DNA of 64,000 bases from Trichoplax adhaerens (Eukaryota > Animalia > Placozoa): positions 4,206,335 through 4,270,334 of the forward strand of contig NW_002060947.1 of the NCBI RefSeq assembly GCF_000150275.1. The letters are read 5' to 3'. The notes below the pieces were generated by a model, which had not been told where the DNA came from, ran no database searches, and saw only the letters and a list, made by a program, of their open reading frames with translations. Both the position numbers and the translations under genes were made by a program. The number at the start of each line of letters is the position of its first letter. Position 1 is the stretch's first letter. Shown here piece by piece: positions 29,681 through 42,964 of this stretch.

Positions 29681-29760
29681 TGCATTATAAATCATCAAAA
29701 TTCCTAACGAGGAAACGATTTCCTTTGCATCAGGATTTATCAATAGCTGCAATTATAGTG
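29681..29760 (-). promoter_or_regulatory. SECIS element (type 2) in the 3'UTR of the selenoprotein H gene
   Basis: Minus strand reads UUGAU-AAAUCCUGAUG-C-AAA-GGAAAucgUUUCC-U-CGUUAGGAAUUU-UGAU. This gives a UGAU/UGAU quartet, an ~11-bp helix II with one bulge, unpaired AAA and an apical mini-stem. It lies ~230 nt downstream of the stop codon. Confidence 0.8.
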
Positions 29761-29987
29761 AAACTTATTCGAGTTTTGTTGTAGCTTTTATATCTTGATA
29801 CAGACGCAGTATTTATATCACGTAAATTTTTTATACTGCAAGTAACCAGAAAATATTTTTAAGTAAAACATGATGGGAGATTAAAACTGCTCTAGAAATT
29901 ATGCTATACAGCATTGCGAACCCAAAAATAAAAATGTAATTGGATTGAATAATAACTTTGCTTTTGCTGAAGTTCATAATAATCTTA

Positions 29988-31073
29988 TTATTTGGCAGTG
30001 GTAGTTTGTATTGCTTCCTTAGCAGCTTTGATGATGACGTCAGGGTCTGGAAATTTTAACTTTCTTGGAGGACCCAGCTTGATGCCACTCCAAAGGAGTA
30101 TCTCTAAAATTCAATTATATTCATCGTTTAAAAATGTAAAATTTAGACTTAGTCAACATTAACTTATTGCAGTTATAAGTATTAGCTTTTCAATGGTTTC
30201 AAAATTATTTTTATACTAACTATCGCCATCTTCCTTTGACAGGTAACATTCAAAACTTCCACGACGAGGCTTCTCAGGGTTGACTTGGCTTTCTATCTTT
30301 GGAAATGCCGTTTGCAGGGCTTTCACAAGCTCGTCGCTTTTACGTTGATATACGCGTCAGGACATGCTAATAAACAAGAATACATAACCTTAGTTTTAGA
30401 GGTCTTTTCACGACCCTAAATCCACACATACGCGTACAAATATCCATAAGAGTTGTCCGCATGTTCCATATGTTACTCGGTAGTAATCGCATGAAAATAA
30501 CTGAATAGATTACAATAATATTATTCTTAAATATTGAATTGAAGAATAAGCAAGAACATGTCATACTGTACCCCATTGCTGCACAATTATATAATTATAT
30601 CTAGTACCTAATGTCGAGGATAAAGTTATCATGGTTGTCATAATGGAACCTAATGAGTATATACTGTAGTCATACTGTATTACATCTAGGCAAAGCTGAC
30701 GATAGAGTGCAGGATAGGATACCAGAATGATTTATAATGAGGAATTTTTTTAATATTTTCGTAGGCATGGGATAATGTCTTACTAATTATATAAACTTTT
30801 CGTGTTGGTGATGAGGTTACTAAGCATGCCAGAATAAGAAGAATCATTTAGCAAATTGCTATGTCTTGTTATTGAATTATACCTACAGAGGGTAATTTTA
30901 ACAGGTTAAGGAAGTCAAGAAGGGTTGAATCCTTACCATCTTTCAATGATAAATTGCCCGTTAGTTTGAACTTTCGTCCGTTTCCTTTTTTTACCAGTCT
31001 CTCCTATATCATCGCTCGCTGCAGTATCTTTACGAGCAACTTTTTCTCCAACCTTTCTTTTCTTCGGTGGCAT
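29988..31073 (-). CDS. SELENOH: Selenoprotein H (Rdx/thioredoxin-like fold, CxxU), 3 coding exons, 132 aa
   Basis: Exons 30937-31073, 30221-30366 and 29988-30103 splice in phase: MPPKKRK...FIIERCMSURVYQRKSDELVKALQTAFPKIESQVNPEKPRRGSFECYLSKEDGDKILLWSGIKLGPPRKLKFPDPDVIIKAAKEAIQTTTAK*. In-frame TGA at 30357-30359. KPRRGSFE and LW.GIK.GPPRKLKFP are SelH signatures. Confidence 0.95.
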
Positions 31074-32164
31074 AACAACTTTGAGGATTATTTAAGATCT
31101 GAAAGCAATATAGTGCGAAAGTAGTCAATCATATACATTGTAATTGAATATCTTGACTGCGAGGGAAAGGCTTGAAAAAGGCATTATTCTACTTTCGTAG
31201 TGCATCTCATTGAATTAAAACAAGTTGTAAGCATTTCATAGCAGTGCAGCAAATAGCTAAATCTATTTACAGCCAAAGTACAGTGGATAGATAATATCGA
31301 TCACACATGCTATCTATATGCTAATCTCTATTGGGTATTACTACTCTAGATACCACTCCAAAATAGGATTGGATTTTAGTTGCATTTCCAACTATAGTTA
31401 CTATTAGTATTTGATAGAGGAGTCAATTGCGAGGTGTAAAGTAGCTTACGTTTGCAGTTGCATTTTATCATAGTAATCTGTTAGGCTACCTTACCGGACA
31501 TTAGAACATTTTTACATACTGATTTATCGTTACATCGTACCTGTCAACAGCTTCTACAGTAGTACAGTAATTATAAAATTACAATTATATTAATTAATTA
31601 TAGGAGACTTGAAAGTCTACTGTGCGTTGTTCTATAAAGTCATTCCATTGCATTTCTACTGTATCTCTATCATCACATTAAAGTACTAGCAAGCTTGTAA
31701 ATCTAATGTTCTATTAAGGCATTCTACATCTAGAAAGGGCAATATGAATTTTCACTGCAACTATGAGTATCTGGTACAATTTCTCATATTAAGTAGCTCT
31801 TAAAAATCTCTATCATCGTATTACACTTCTAGTAGCAGCCCTTGGATATCTACTGTTCATGTATTCTTACGTTCTTCTATATCGAGAAATAAGCAACATG
31901 AGTTTTTCAAAGAGTAGTTTAAAGGCCATATTTATCTTCTATTGTATGTCATCATGATACTCCTCTACTAAATTGTTCAATGTGAAGAAAATAGCAAATG
32001 AGTTTCTGCATGAATAACTGGAGCAAATTGATCATTTTAAGTTGAGCAATGATTGATCACTATCTTTGCATCATGAATAATTCAATATTAAGTTGCTGTC
32101 CACAACCTCTACCTCGTGTTCAACGTAGTTCTAGACTTATAGAAGACTCTAGCTTGCTGCTCCC

Positions 32165-32470
32165 TATTTGATCATCTCATTCTACACATGGAAAAGGCGG
32201 CATGAGCTTCCACAGAACGGTCTCTACTGTCACTAATTTCTTCATTTTAGCTGCTAACGTATTTTGTAGCCCATGTCTATGATCTCATTCTACGCCTAGA
32301 AAAGCATGATTTTCATAGGACGGTGATTATTATCTACTGTGACTAATTTTTTCATTTTAGGTGCTAACGTGTTTCGTACTCCATCAACACATTCTACTCC
32401 TTGAAAAGGCGGCATGAGCTTTGAAAGTGGTGACTACTGTAACTTGCTCATTTTAGCTACTAACGTATTT
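32165..32470. repeat. Degenerate tandem triplication (~105-110 bp)
   Basis: cattctac...gaaaag(gcg)gcatga...ctactgt.act....tcattttag.t.ctaacgt recurs three times. Confidence 0.7.
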
Positions 32471-32838
32471 CAAATCGAGGACAAACTACTAATCCAAATA
32501 GGAAATCTGTTTGTCATCGTTTATCATAGCTTCATCGATATTAATGAAAACATTAGTGCTAGATTTTGTCTACATACCAGTCGCAGCTATCTAATTTTAT
32601 CGATAAATTGGCCAAGATATCGTCGAAGATTGGATTTGCAGCTATTTTAGCTACCTGACAAACTATTGGGCCTCCAAGATCACGTTTTGATCTGGTTAAT
32701 TTTGGGAACGGATTGTAAACAAAATTCCTTTACACATGCGTGAGAGCACATCGCTGCTAAGCAACTGGTACAGCATATTTGAGCTCTTATCCTGAGATTG
32801 TGCAAGGTTAAGAGAAAATAAGAATAGTTGAATTAATT

Positions 32839-33657
32839 TAATGAATTAATGAGGGATTGATGAATTTAATTACTCGTACATTCAATTTAATAATATTGAT
32901 GAGGCAAGGTCCAGTATTGCTCAACGATAGTCATTTAGTATGGTTTTATTCAAGCAGTGAGTTCATTTACCGATTCGGATGACAAATTTATCTAAAAAGA
33001 TTTCAGCTAGTTCATAAAATGAAGTTTTGCCTTATGAAAGTCTACTGTGCATTATTTTGAAAGCATATGAGGATGTCTACAATTTTCTGTATACTGTATA
33101 CTTGTCTTTCATGGATGATCTGATTACGTATAAGCCATCCATTTCATCCAGATGTCATGCTATTAATGCTGTGAAGCTTAACCATGGACTACCGCTACTA
33201 AATATTACAAGGCATATTTAGTTCTCCATCGCTTAACAAACATTTCGGATATAATGAATTAATGAGGGATTGATGAATTTTAGTACTCGTAAATTCAATT
33301 TAATAATATTGATGAGGCAAGGTCCAACATTGCTCAACGATAGTCATTTAGTATGGTTTTATTCAAGCAGTGAGTTCATTTACCGATTCGGATGACAAAT
33401 TTATCTAAAATGATTTCAGCTAGTTCATAAAATGAAGTTTTGCCTTATGAAAGTCTACTGTGCATTATTTTGAAAGTATATGAGGATGTCTACAGTTTTC
33501 TATTTTCTTTATACTTGTCTTTCATGGATGATCTGATTACGTATAAGCCATCCATTTCATCCAGATGTCATGCTATTAATGCAGCGTAGCTTAACCATGG
33601 ACTATCGCTACTAAATATCACAAGGCATATTTAGTTCTCCATCGCTTAACAAACATT
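32839..33657. repeat. Near-identical ~410 bp tandem duplication, intergenic
   Basis: 32839-33245 is repeated at 33251-33657 (taatgaattaatgagggattgatgaattt ... catcgcttaacaaacattt) with few substitutions. Confidence 0.95.
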
Positions 33658-34459
33658 TAGGTCTACTTAATCACTTTTAACCATCCATGAAATGATGGAT
33701 GACATACTTGTATCAAATCAGACATGATAAAACTCAAACACTTTTAATACTATTTCCCTTCCAGGAATGCTTTCCAAAGAATGGAGAAAATCCTCTACAG
33801 CTAGACCGAAAGTATGAGCTATAAGGCTCTTTCAACAAAAGTTACTAGCCAAACATACTTTAAGGATGAAAAAGTAGAACCAAAATATTCGTAAAATTAT
33901 CAAAACTGGAGTGTTAACATTCTACTTTGCAAGATGTATGCAAATACTATCATACGTAGATTTAGACGACGGTGATTCATAGAATGATACCTATAGAAGC
34001 ATATAGTAAATTAATTTTACGTGAGTGATTCTCATCGACGAAAATTAAGGACTGTTAGCCTACACCAATAAGAATTACTAGCTAGAAAACGTTGATCAGA
34101 AATATCTATAAGATTTCTATCTTACCACTACTGTATATATTTGCTATCATATACAAATATTTGGATGACGGCGATAAAATAGCACTGGAGATATTGAATT
34201 AATTATCGTCGAGTGATTTCATGAACGTATGATGGATAGACCAGTGATATACAGACTAAAATTAATTACTCCCTTTCAATTGATTCATTTAATGAAATCG
34301 CAATTTTAACATACTGTACAATACTAATAGTTATCCTCGTTGTGTTTCCACGCTTAGTTGTTAACGTTGGCACGAGGGACTTTGATGCACTTCACCTAGT
34401 AGACTTACTAAAAATCACTTTTTATTTAGGACTTACTGCATTTAAATAGTATAGCTGCA

Positions 34460-34829
34460 ATACTATATTATACTTATCTATCACAACACATTAGAGATGC
34501 AGTACTATACAACAAGTTGTTGTATTCTTACATACATAATAATCCTCAGCGTAGGAATAAAAACATGTTAAACACGTAAAGTATATTCGGAATAAGCTGA
34601 ATTATCATTTGATACTACAAATATAGTTGGATTAATACTATATTATACTTATCTTAGTAATTCATTACCTTATCTATCGCAACACATTAGGGATGTAGTA
34701 GTGTACAACAGGTTATTGTATTCTTACATATATAATAATCCTCAGTGTAGGAATAAAAACATGTTAAACACGTAAAATATATTCGGGATAAGCTGAATTA
34801 TCATTTGATACTACAAATATAGTTGGATT
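34460..34829 (-). repeat. Tandem duplication of the PARP gene's last ~22 codons and proximal 3'UTR
   Basis: 34460-34634 matches 34635-34829. The copy encodes NPTIFVVSNDNSAYSEYTLRV* versus the genuine ...AYPEYILRV*. Confidence 0.9.
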
Positions 34830-37800
34830 AGTGTAATTATCAACAACAGAATGGATTCGTTCTGATTGACTTCCTGGGATAAGTGTTAAATTAGGCTTAT
34901 TCGAACTACTAATTCCTGCTTGAACATAGATACCCGTTAGAACGCGAGCTATTAATAGTGTATTACCATAAGTGAGTGATGTTTTTGCACGGACAGCAAA
35001 ATAAGTTCCTGTTCCAAGCATAGAACCTATAGAGCAAAGTAATGTAAAAAAAAAAGTCACCTACCGTTAGAATGACTTGAACTAACCTTGAATACAGATT
35101 GATAGCTATAGGCTAATGATAACAAAATAAGGGAGATTGTCACACTATACTAACACTACCAATTCCATCTTGATCTAACAACGTTAAACGTCTTAATAAC
35201 TAGCACATACACTTTTATTTAAAGCGCGGAATAATACATAGCATTAGTGTTATACTGCTTTATTTTCATTTCTAAAAATGCTCATTATTTCTACTACAAA
35301 ACTGCATTAGAGTAATAGCTGCATATTTTCGATATAATAATCTCGAAATATGTTCGTTTAATTTCAACCTCTGTATACAATATCAACGATATTCAACGAT
35401 CTCTAAACATGTTAATTCATTTCGATTACAATTTACGACCTTTAACATCTTAATTTGCCGGTACTTTTATTATTTAAACGACAACATACTGTATTATGCA
35501 TTACAATACAGCGACACTAAATTTATTAATAACTTCAATTTAACTGTAATATATGACATCAATAGAGGCAAACTACGATAATATCTCCTCAAACACGTTA
35601 ATTTATTTAATTTGACTATCATTTAGACGTTAGTGGTATGTTGCGATCACTAAAGACGTTAACTAGTTACTTTTATTTCACTGCCTTACAAAATTAACAA
35701 ACTAGAGGAAATATTTTACTGTTGTACAGTACAGTGTTATAATTATCATAATAGTGAATGATACTATCTCTAAACATGTTCGTTCAGCTTGACTAGAATT
35801 GGCTGCTTCAACTTTATGTAACATACCCGCAAAGCTCTTTATTGCATTAATTGTAAGCGAGGTATATGATCTTAATGGTATATTGAGATACCATAATCAC
35901 GAAACATATTATCCGCCTTAACCTAGCCGTAATACATGATAGGGTATATTCGATGTTGCGACCTTTAACTACGGTAATTGCTTTAATTGAGCCCAAATAG
36001 ATAACCTAAATTGTAGTACACACTACGACCTTCAAATATTTTAATTACCTTAATTTATAATATAGGGTGATTAATGGCAGTAATGGTATCTGGATGTGTT
36101 GCAACATTGCGACCTTTAAACATCTTAACTACTTCAATTCGACTCTAATAAGATATTACCCGTTCTAGCTACTTCAGTGCAACTTATAATTACATTTATA
36201 CATGTAAATAACATTAGTCCTAGATCAACAGGACTGTATCGAAATATTGAGTCTCAACTAACCAAATGATTTTCCTGAGTAGTCCCTATCAAAGCCCCTC
36301 TTACATATACCATCGATATTCGATCCTGCTGTACCGTGAAACAACAGCTTCTCAACTGGAGTGCCAGGTTTGTATTTCCGGATTGCATTTTCAACATCTT
36401 TTTTCATGATTTGATAGCGACGATACAAATTCCAGTTTTGAATACGTGTTATATTGCGAACACGAAGCCCAGTGAATCCAAGAAGACTTGTAATTTCACT
36501 TATTTCGTGTTGATTAGTAACATCAACAGCGTGATAATAACCATTAGTTGTTTCACCCATTTCATCCCAATACGGAGGTACAGTGATCTCGTCATCTATT
36601 TACAATATTAGATTGATTCATGACCATTTAAAAGTTTTTAAACTTTTCAACCGTTTTAATGGACAAATTTATACTGGCAGATACCCCCATTTATAGTACC
36701 GTATTTGCTAATACGTAGATGAGAAAGAGAGATTGATTTATCGACATATCGTCATCCCTGTCAAAAGTAGAGAATCAAATCTACTGTATCTTACTCACCG
36801 GTTGACATAAATCTTCCTATCGGATACTGTTTTCCAGAAACTGTCATAATCATGTTTTCATAGTCAATCGATTTTATTCCTGAATCGACCAAAAAAATCT
36901 TATTGGTCTTATCTTGGAGATAGGTTTCATAATTTTTAATGAGGTCATAATTCATCTTACTATCAAATTTAAATTTGGATTGACCAATAATGGCATACCA
37001 GGAAGTAGTTTTAGCTATCGCTACTTGTACTTCGTTAGCGGCTTTTTCTTTCAACCGTGAAGCAAATAACTTATGAATAGCTGATATCGCATTTAAGATA
37101 TCGGCTTCAAATCCATGAATTTTTATCATTTTATTTCGATGGTAATAGACTAGGATTGTATTATATTTGCACCAAAATTGTAATGCTATATAATGCCAAC
37201 GATTTAGGTCGATATCGACGAAGTAATCTTCGTCAGTAATTTGGTGGCACCTCCAAGTATCAGCACAATCATTCACAATTGATCGCATCCGGTCTATTTT
37301 ATAGCGATTCTGAGATGCGTAGATAATTTTTAAACCAAATTGGGGGTTTGCCATACTAAAAGTTATTTCCCAATGCAACTTTAGCTTCTTAATCTCTTGC
37401 CCTATCCATGTTGCAATCTCTTCCACTCGATCTCTTGAACTTAAGGCAAAATCAACACAATTCAATCTGGTCTTATCATCTTCGTGATTAAACAAGAATA
37501 ATTCAATCGCAAAGAGTATCTGGTGGATATACTCCGCGTTTAATTCTATACTTATTAATGGGAATGAAACAGAACGATCACCACTTGCATTAATATAGCT
37601 TAATAACTGACCCACACCGGTTAAACAGCCATATGGACATATCTGATATAAGTTACAATTGAGTTGAAAATTTGGCAAACACTGCAAAGTTTCCAATGTA
37701 TGCTGAGAATTACAATTGTCCATAACACCATCTAATGTCTCTAATTTGCGATGTTGATCACATAATACTGTTAAATCAATAATGGCATCGCTTGTAGCTG

Positions 37801-40800
37801 CAACAATATTTCCATGATAGAGATTAACATATAATGGTTTATCATTAATATAACAGCAAGCGGTAAAGTACAGTACATAGCTACCGTTCGAGCTATTTGC
37901 AAGATTACTACTGCTACATTTTGTAACTAATTCAATCTCCTTGCGATCTGGCATTAAAACAGGTTGCATAGCTATTGGTGGTGTAGCAGGTATACTGTTA
38001 AATGATAGGAGAGATGATGATGACGGTGATTGAGTGGTAGTGACTAATGGCACAGTCTGATTTGGTGCATTTAATCCAGTTGATCGTTCATGTAATAGTC
38101 TTATAAATAGTTGTTGATGATTAATTTGGTTATCTAGGATAACAAAATAAACCGTCTTTAAGCAAATTTCTTCCTTAAGCTGCCGACTGAAACTAGATAC
38201 CACATCGATCATTCCTTTGATCACTTCATCAGCCTTTAACCGACTTCCACCAATTCCAATCATGGGTATAGCTATAGATTTCATCAATTCTATTTTGGCT
38301 TTTTCTAGGCAACGCGCTAACCCATCCTTTAGCCACTAGAATATAAAATTGATCATGAGAATACAATACTTTATTCATATCTCAATGGTTAATGAGCTTC
38401 GATATGAATTAGCTTAGCCTGCAGGAAGAATTATAATGATGAAAAATTTTACAGACTTACTGTGATCGATTTACTGGAACTTAAAAATGGCAAGTGATAT
38501 ACTTTTTTACATCCAAAATAGCTCCCACCAGTACTACCAATATCCTTGATACCTAGAAATTGTAACTGAATTTCACATTCAAGTTGATAACCTAGACCAC
38601 CAGCTTTATGTAATGCGGTAGCGATGGCGCCATCGTAATAGGATTTCAGCTTCATAGAATTGACGATAACATCAGCCTAAAGATGCAAGATAGCATAATA
38701 TAAATGAACTTTATTTATGTGTATAGCTAATTTCGCAAAGTGTAATTTGAATGAAGATATTTCAATATTTTTATAACAAAATTTTTAACATAATTATAAC
38801 TTTACGCACTACTCGCCCTTCTTTCTCGATACTTCCTATTACCAATTTAATAGCAACACGATCATTTATATTATCCGGCGTGGCTTTCTTAGGCAAAGTT
38901 GACGTTAGGGGTAGTTTATTTATAGGAGTATTAGGGATGACTGTTTGCGCGGATAATTCATTATTATTAGCGAGAATTAATTTATTTGATACTTTATCCA
39001 CATCAGATGTCGTCGTAGTTTGTAAATTACAACTTGCTCTACCATTAGAATCTATAACTTTCTGAATCTTTACTTCATTCCTTTTAACCTGGTTCATACG
39101 CTTTGAGCCCTTCAAATTGGTTGATATACTACTATAAATTATTAAAATATAGAAATTATATATGTAAAAGCAGCAAATTAAATTAGTGCTTGATATTAAT
39201 AATTGAATAATATCTAGTCATGCTAACATATTACAGAGACAATTTTTAATTTCTAATACTGATTGCAGATCAGTAGCTAGTAAAATTAAACTTGTAATAA
39301 TTTACGTAAATGTACAGCGCTATTATTAGTACTACAGTATACCGTACTCCAGTTAATTCATCATTTTCAGATGAGTGTGACGTACTCAAAAACATTGACG
39401 ATGAATTATCAACTACTACCAAAGCTTAAAGAAAAGAAGTTACTATGGGTAAAAAAGCAGCCGATGGAATTAAAATATGATTGCCAATATTCTCATAATA
39501 CCTAATCAGACCACAATCGATTTCTGCTATCGAACACGAATTAAATACAGTAACCGTTATAATCAATTAGTTCCTTAAAAATTCTGATGACGGATAACTC
39601 AGGTTTCAACAAGATTTAAAGAAATTGTGTGCAAGAATAGTCTTAGACTAAAACTTAACGTGAACTTGGTATTATAATTACCACTTCCATAACATCTAGT
39701 CAGATAACTTTCGATTGTAGATACTTATCGAATAACTGTTTACGAGAATAGACTGTAATAGCATTAACATTTCAATGATGTATTAATTAATTTTTATTAA
39801 TAATGCAATACGAGTATATGAAATATGAATCAGTAGTGAAAAGATTTTTATTATTATCAACATTTTGCCCATTTAAGGAATATTTACTAGCCGAATCGTT
39901 TTCTTAAAATCAATATGAGTCATTTATAACATAGAATATAGGATAGCAGTCTAACATCGATTTAGCAATAAATACATCTAGTTACAGTTTGCTAACTGAT
40001 ACCTTTGATCTTTATCGTCTAGAATGATAGTTATGCAGTCATTTTCATCTTGTAAAGATTTCAATCTCATCTGACAATGGCTTGATGTTAAAAATCTTCC
40101 CACCTTACAACCTGTACTAATAAACTGGTCCTCTTCAACAATAACTTTATTTAACAGCTTATAAATCTCGTTCATAATAGATTCTCTATTTGATGGATTA
40201 CATTGAACTTTAATTTGATGATGACAGATAGACGTATGCAGACACTTTTTCTCGTCTGCTTTCTCAAATAGGATAACGCAATTATACTGATTTTCAAGTT
40301 GAAGGATTTCATGCATCAAATGTAATCGCAAGTATTCTATTTTCAAAGCTGAAAAAAATATCCACCGCATAAAACATAGTGAATTACTTTTCGTTATAAA
40401 TGCGAAATAGATGCAAGTATTTTTAATAGAACTCTTACATACCTTGTTCAAGAGTTTTTTCCTGAAATAGCGCAAAATGATCCTGGAAATAGTTGCTATC
40501 AAGCGATTTTGTTTCTTTTGTATTAGAACTTAAAGACGGAGATTTACTAATATAACGTCAGTAAAAGACTATTAGTATCAACTGGTAAAAAATACCCGTT
40601 CATGTGAACGGAGGATGATTTTTGTTGGTTGGCATTCGCGGATATTAGAATTTAGATTTCTATTACTACGTGGCATTATTCATTCATTATTTCCTCGATG
40701 TACAGTACAACTCAATTTGTATTCACTAATTTTGTGTTAGATTCCTATCTGTGTCTAGCGTTATCCTTTTCCCACGTTGATGCTATGTGAATATACTGCC

Positions 40801-42964
40801 GTACAATAACCATCCTGCAATACCGTATGTTTAAACAATTATTATTATACAATTTTAGCTTAATTAGGATTTTATCCACTTTTAACGCTTGTGTTTTTTC
40901 ATTACGCTATCTATGCACTAATTCAATTTATGCCCATTCGATAGCGTGCAACGGAAACTTCATATAGTTTACATTAACCTTTGTTATTACTATATATGTA
41001 AAAAGTAGGGTACATTTACCATTAGAACACCACTATGATGCCCGAATCAATCATTACGTTGTATAATAATTAAAAAAACATGCGGCAGCAGTAGCTATAA
41101 ATCGGATTGTGCAGAAGTTTGCACACACAAAGCTCCATTATAATATGATGATGATGATGACGATATATATATGTAAGACCTTTACAATTTTACTAAGCAG
41201 CTGCAGAAAGATGTCGATTGTGCAGGAGTTTGCACACGCAAAGCTCCACTATAATACGATGATGATGATTATATAAGACCTTTCTAATTCTAGTAAAATG
41301 TTCGAAACTAATTTTAATAAAAATTTTCCCTTCTATTTCATATGTCGTAGAACTTGAAGATCGTAATTTGCTAAGATAAGGTTAGCAAACAACCTTAATA
41401 TCTATTTGCAAGTAAAATTTTGATAGTCTTTCTAAACTGATAATAACGATATAAAGCTGTAAATTTCATTTCCAGTCAATAATTACTGTAAGTTGCAGTA
41501 CAATCAATTTGTTCCACTCTGATTCGTATGTATAAAAAATTTAGAGTAGGCTTGCAAATACAATAATTTCAGTATCAATTCGTAAGCAATTTAAGCATAA
41601 TTCTTTTAATCTAATAAAAACTTGTAGGACGAAATGAATTTGGGGAGAATATTTACCTCTGATATTTAGCTGTTTTTACTACATCGTTGATTGTATCTGA
41701 CTGTTCACCTTTATCCCCATCATCTGTAACATCAAATTAACCATATTTTTAACTCTTTAATAAAATATTACCTAGCAATTTAAGAAGTATACAGTACCTT
41801 GAGTTAGTATGCTTTCTTCTTCTATCGATAACGGTTGATTTTGCATATTAGATTGTTCTGATTCTTGCGCATACTTTTAACGATATAAATTCGAAAATAT
41901 ACTCAATAATTTACTAGTTGAAGGTTTTCTTCAAGTTTGTTCAATCAATTTTTTTAATTTAGAATTTAGTAATGGAATATCGATGATCTCATCATAATGA
42001 GTAACTCTCTTTGATAAATTAAGGAATAAATTTCATTATTTAGCTGATAAAAAGATCGACGAATATCGATAACTTAGCCATACACAATAGTATGATAGTG
42101 ATGCGAAGCTAATACAGAAATAGTAATTCTAACCATAAAGTCTATCATACGTACACTTACTAGACTTTGATGACGATAGTAATTAGATGAATAAATTAGC
42201 CGGCTATTAGCGCCCTATCCTAAATGAGATTCCCTTACCTCAATCGATTGATTTTTACGGCTCAAAGTTCTATTTAGCAAATCGAAATTATGATTATCTA
42301 CTACGCATTCTTCATCGCTACCGCTATCGATAATAACGATGGGAGGAGATAGTTTTGAAGTAGTTTCGTGGTGATACTTTAACGGGCTATGCAGTGATAC
42401 TTTGGAAGACCGACATCGATTAGGCGATGGATGTAATGTTTGGATAGTCATTTGATGATTATTATCACCATCGATTACAATCACTTGATTGGAAAGCGTG
42501 TGAGATTTTGTTGTCTTTTTGCTGTCCTTCTTTTTTCTCTGTAAGAGATGGTTGGAATTACTCTTACTTTTATGGTGTTGTTTAGACCATGCATGGGATT
42601 TTTCGGTAGTCAATTCAATCGTATTTTGATCAACTAAGTTAACATAACCCGAAGTTGAAGGCATCAATTCGCCTCTTGATTGATCAGTAATGTTTGCATC
42701 ATCTAGACATGGTAATGGATCGGTTAGTAAGTCTAATCCAGATGATCTTTGATGCTGATATTGGTACGGATGGAGTCGTTGATAATTTGTAGTGGCAAGC
42801 GATTGGCTCCAACTATCACCATGTTTTATCTTCTTACGCTCTTGACAGTAGAAGAATTCTTCTGCTGCATCATGTTTTTCCTCACCTTGATCAGTCCATT
42901 CCTCAATGGATTTCAATTTTGTACTCTCTACTTGACCCGGAGCAGGATTTTTACAGGGGTTCAT
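34764..42964 (-). CDS. PARP14/15-like macrodomain-WWE mono-ADP-ribosyltransferase, multi-exon; linkage of exons upstream of ~39130 is tentative
   Basis: Macrodomain: IKLVIGSIEKE|ADVIVNS...GAIATALHKAGG...|SIAIPMIGIG (38789-39130, 38460-38676, 38336 downward). A degenerate second macro (VNLYHGNI...SVSFPLI), a KH-like segment (IKIHGFEADILNAISAI) and a WWE domain (SWY...FDSKMNYDL...IDYENM) follow. Catalytic domain: VPPYWDEM...RIQNWNLYRRY...LLFHGT...GFDRDYSG (~36271-36596) and GTGTYFA...ARVLTG...IFVV...AYPEY (34764-35027). Low-complexity exon at 42238-42964. Confidence 0.85.
41085..41290. repeat. Short direct duplication (~115 bp spacing) with (GAT)n tract
   Basis: gattgtgcag.agtttgcacac.caaagctcca.tataata.gatgatgatga occurs at ~41105 and ~41216. 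Confidence 0.8.

Noticed and set aside
30357-30359. Premature stop implying a SelH pseudogene
   Set aside because: The TGA sits exactly at the Sec position of CxxU, downstream homology is intact, and a SECIS is present.
41900-42010. Possible extra PARP exon with in-frame TGA (recoding or frameshift)
   Set aside because: No redox motif context and no SECIS seen. The flanking exons (donor ~42238, acceptor ~41874) can join in phase 0 without it, so it is likely intronic.
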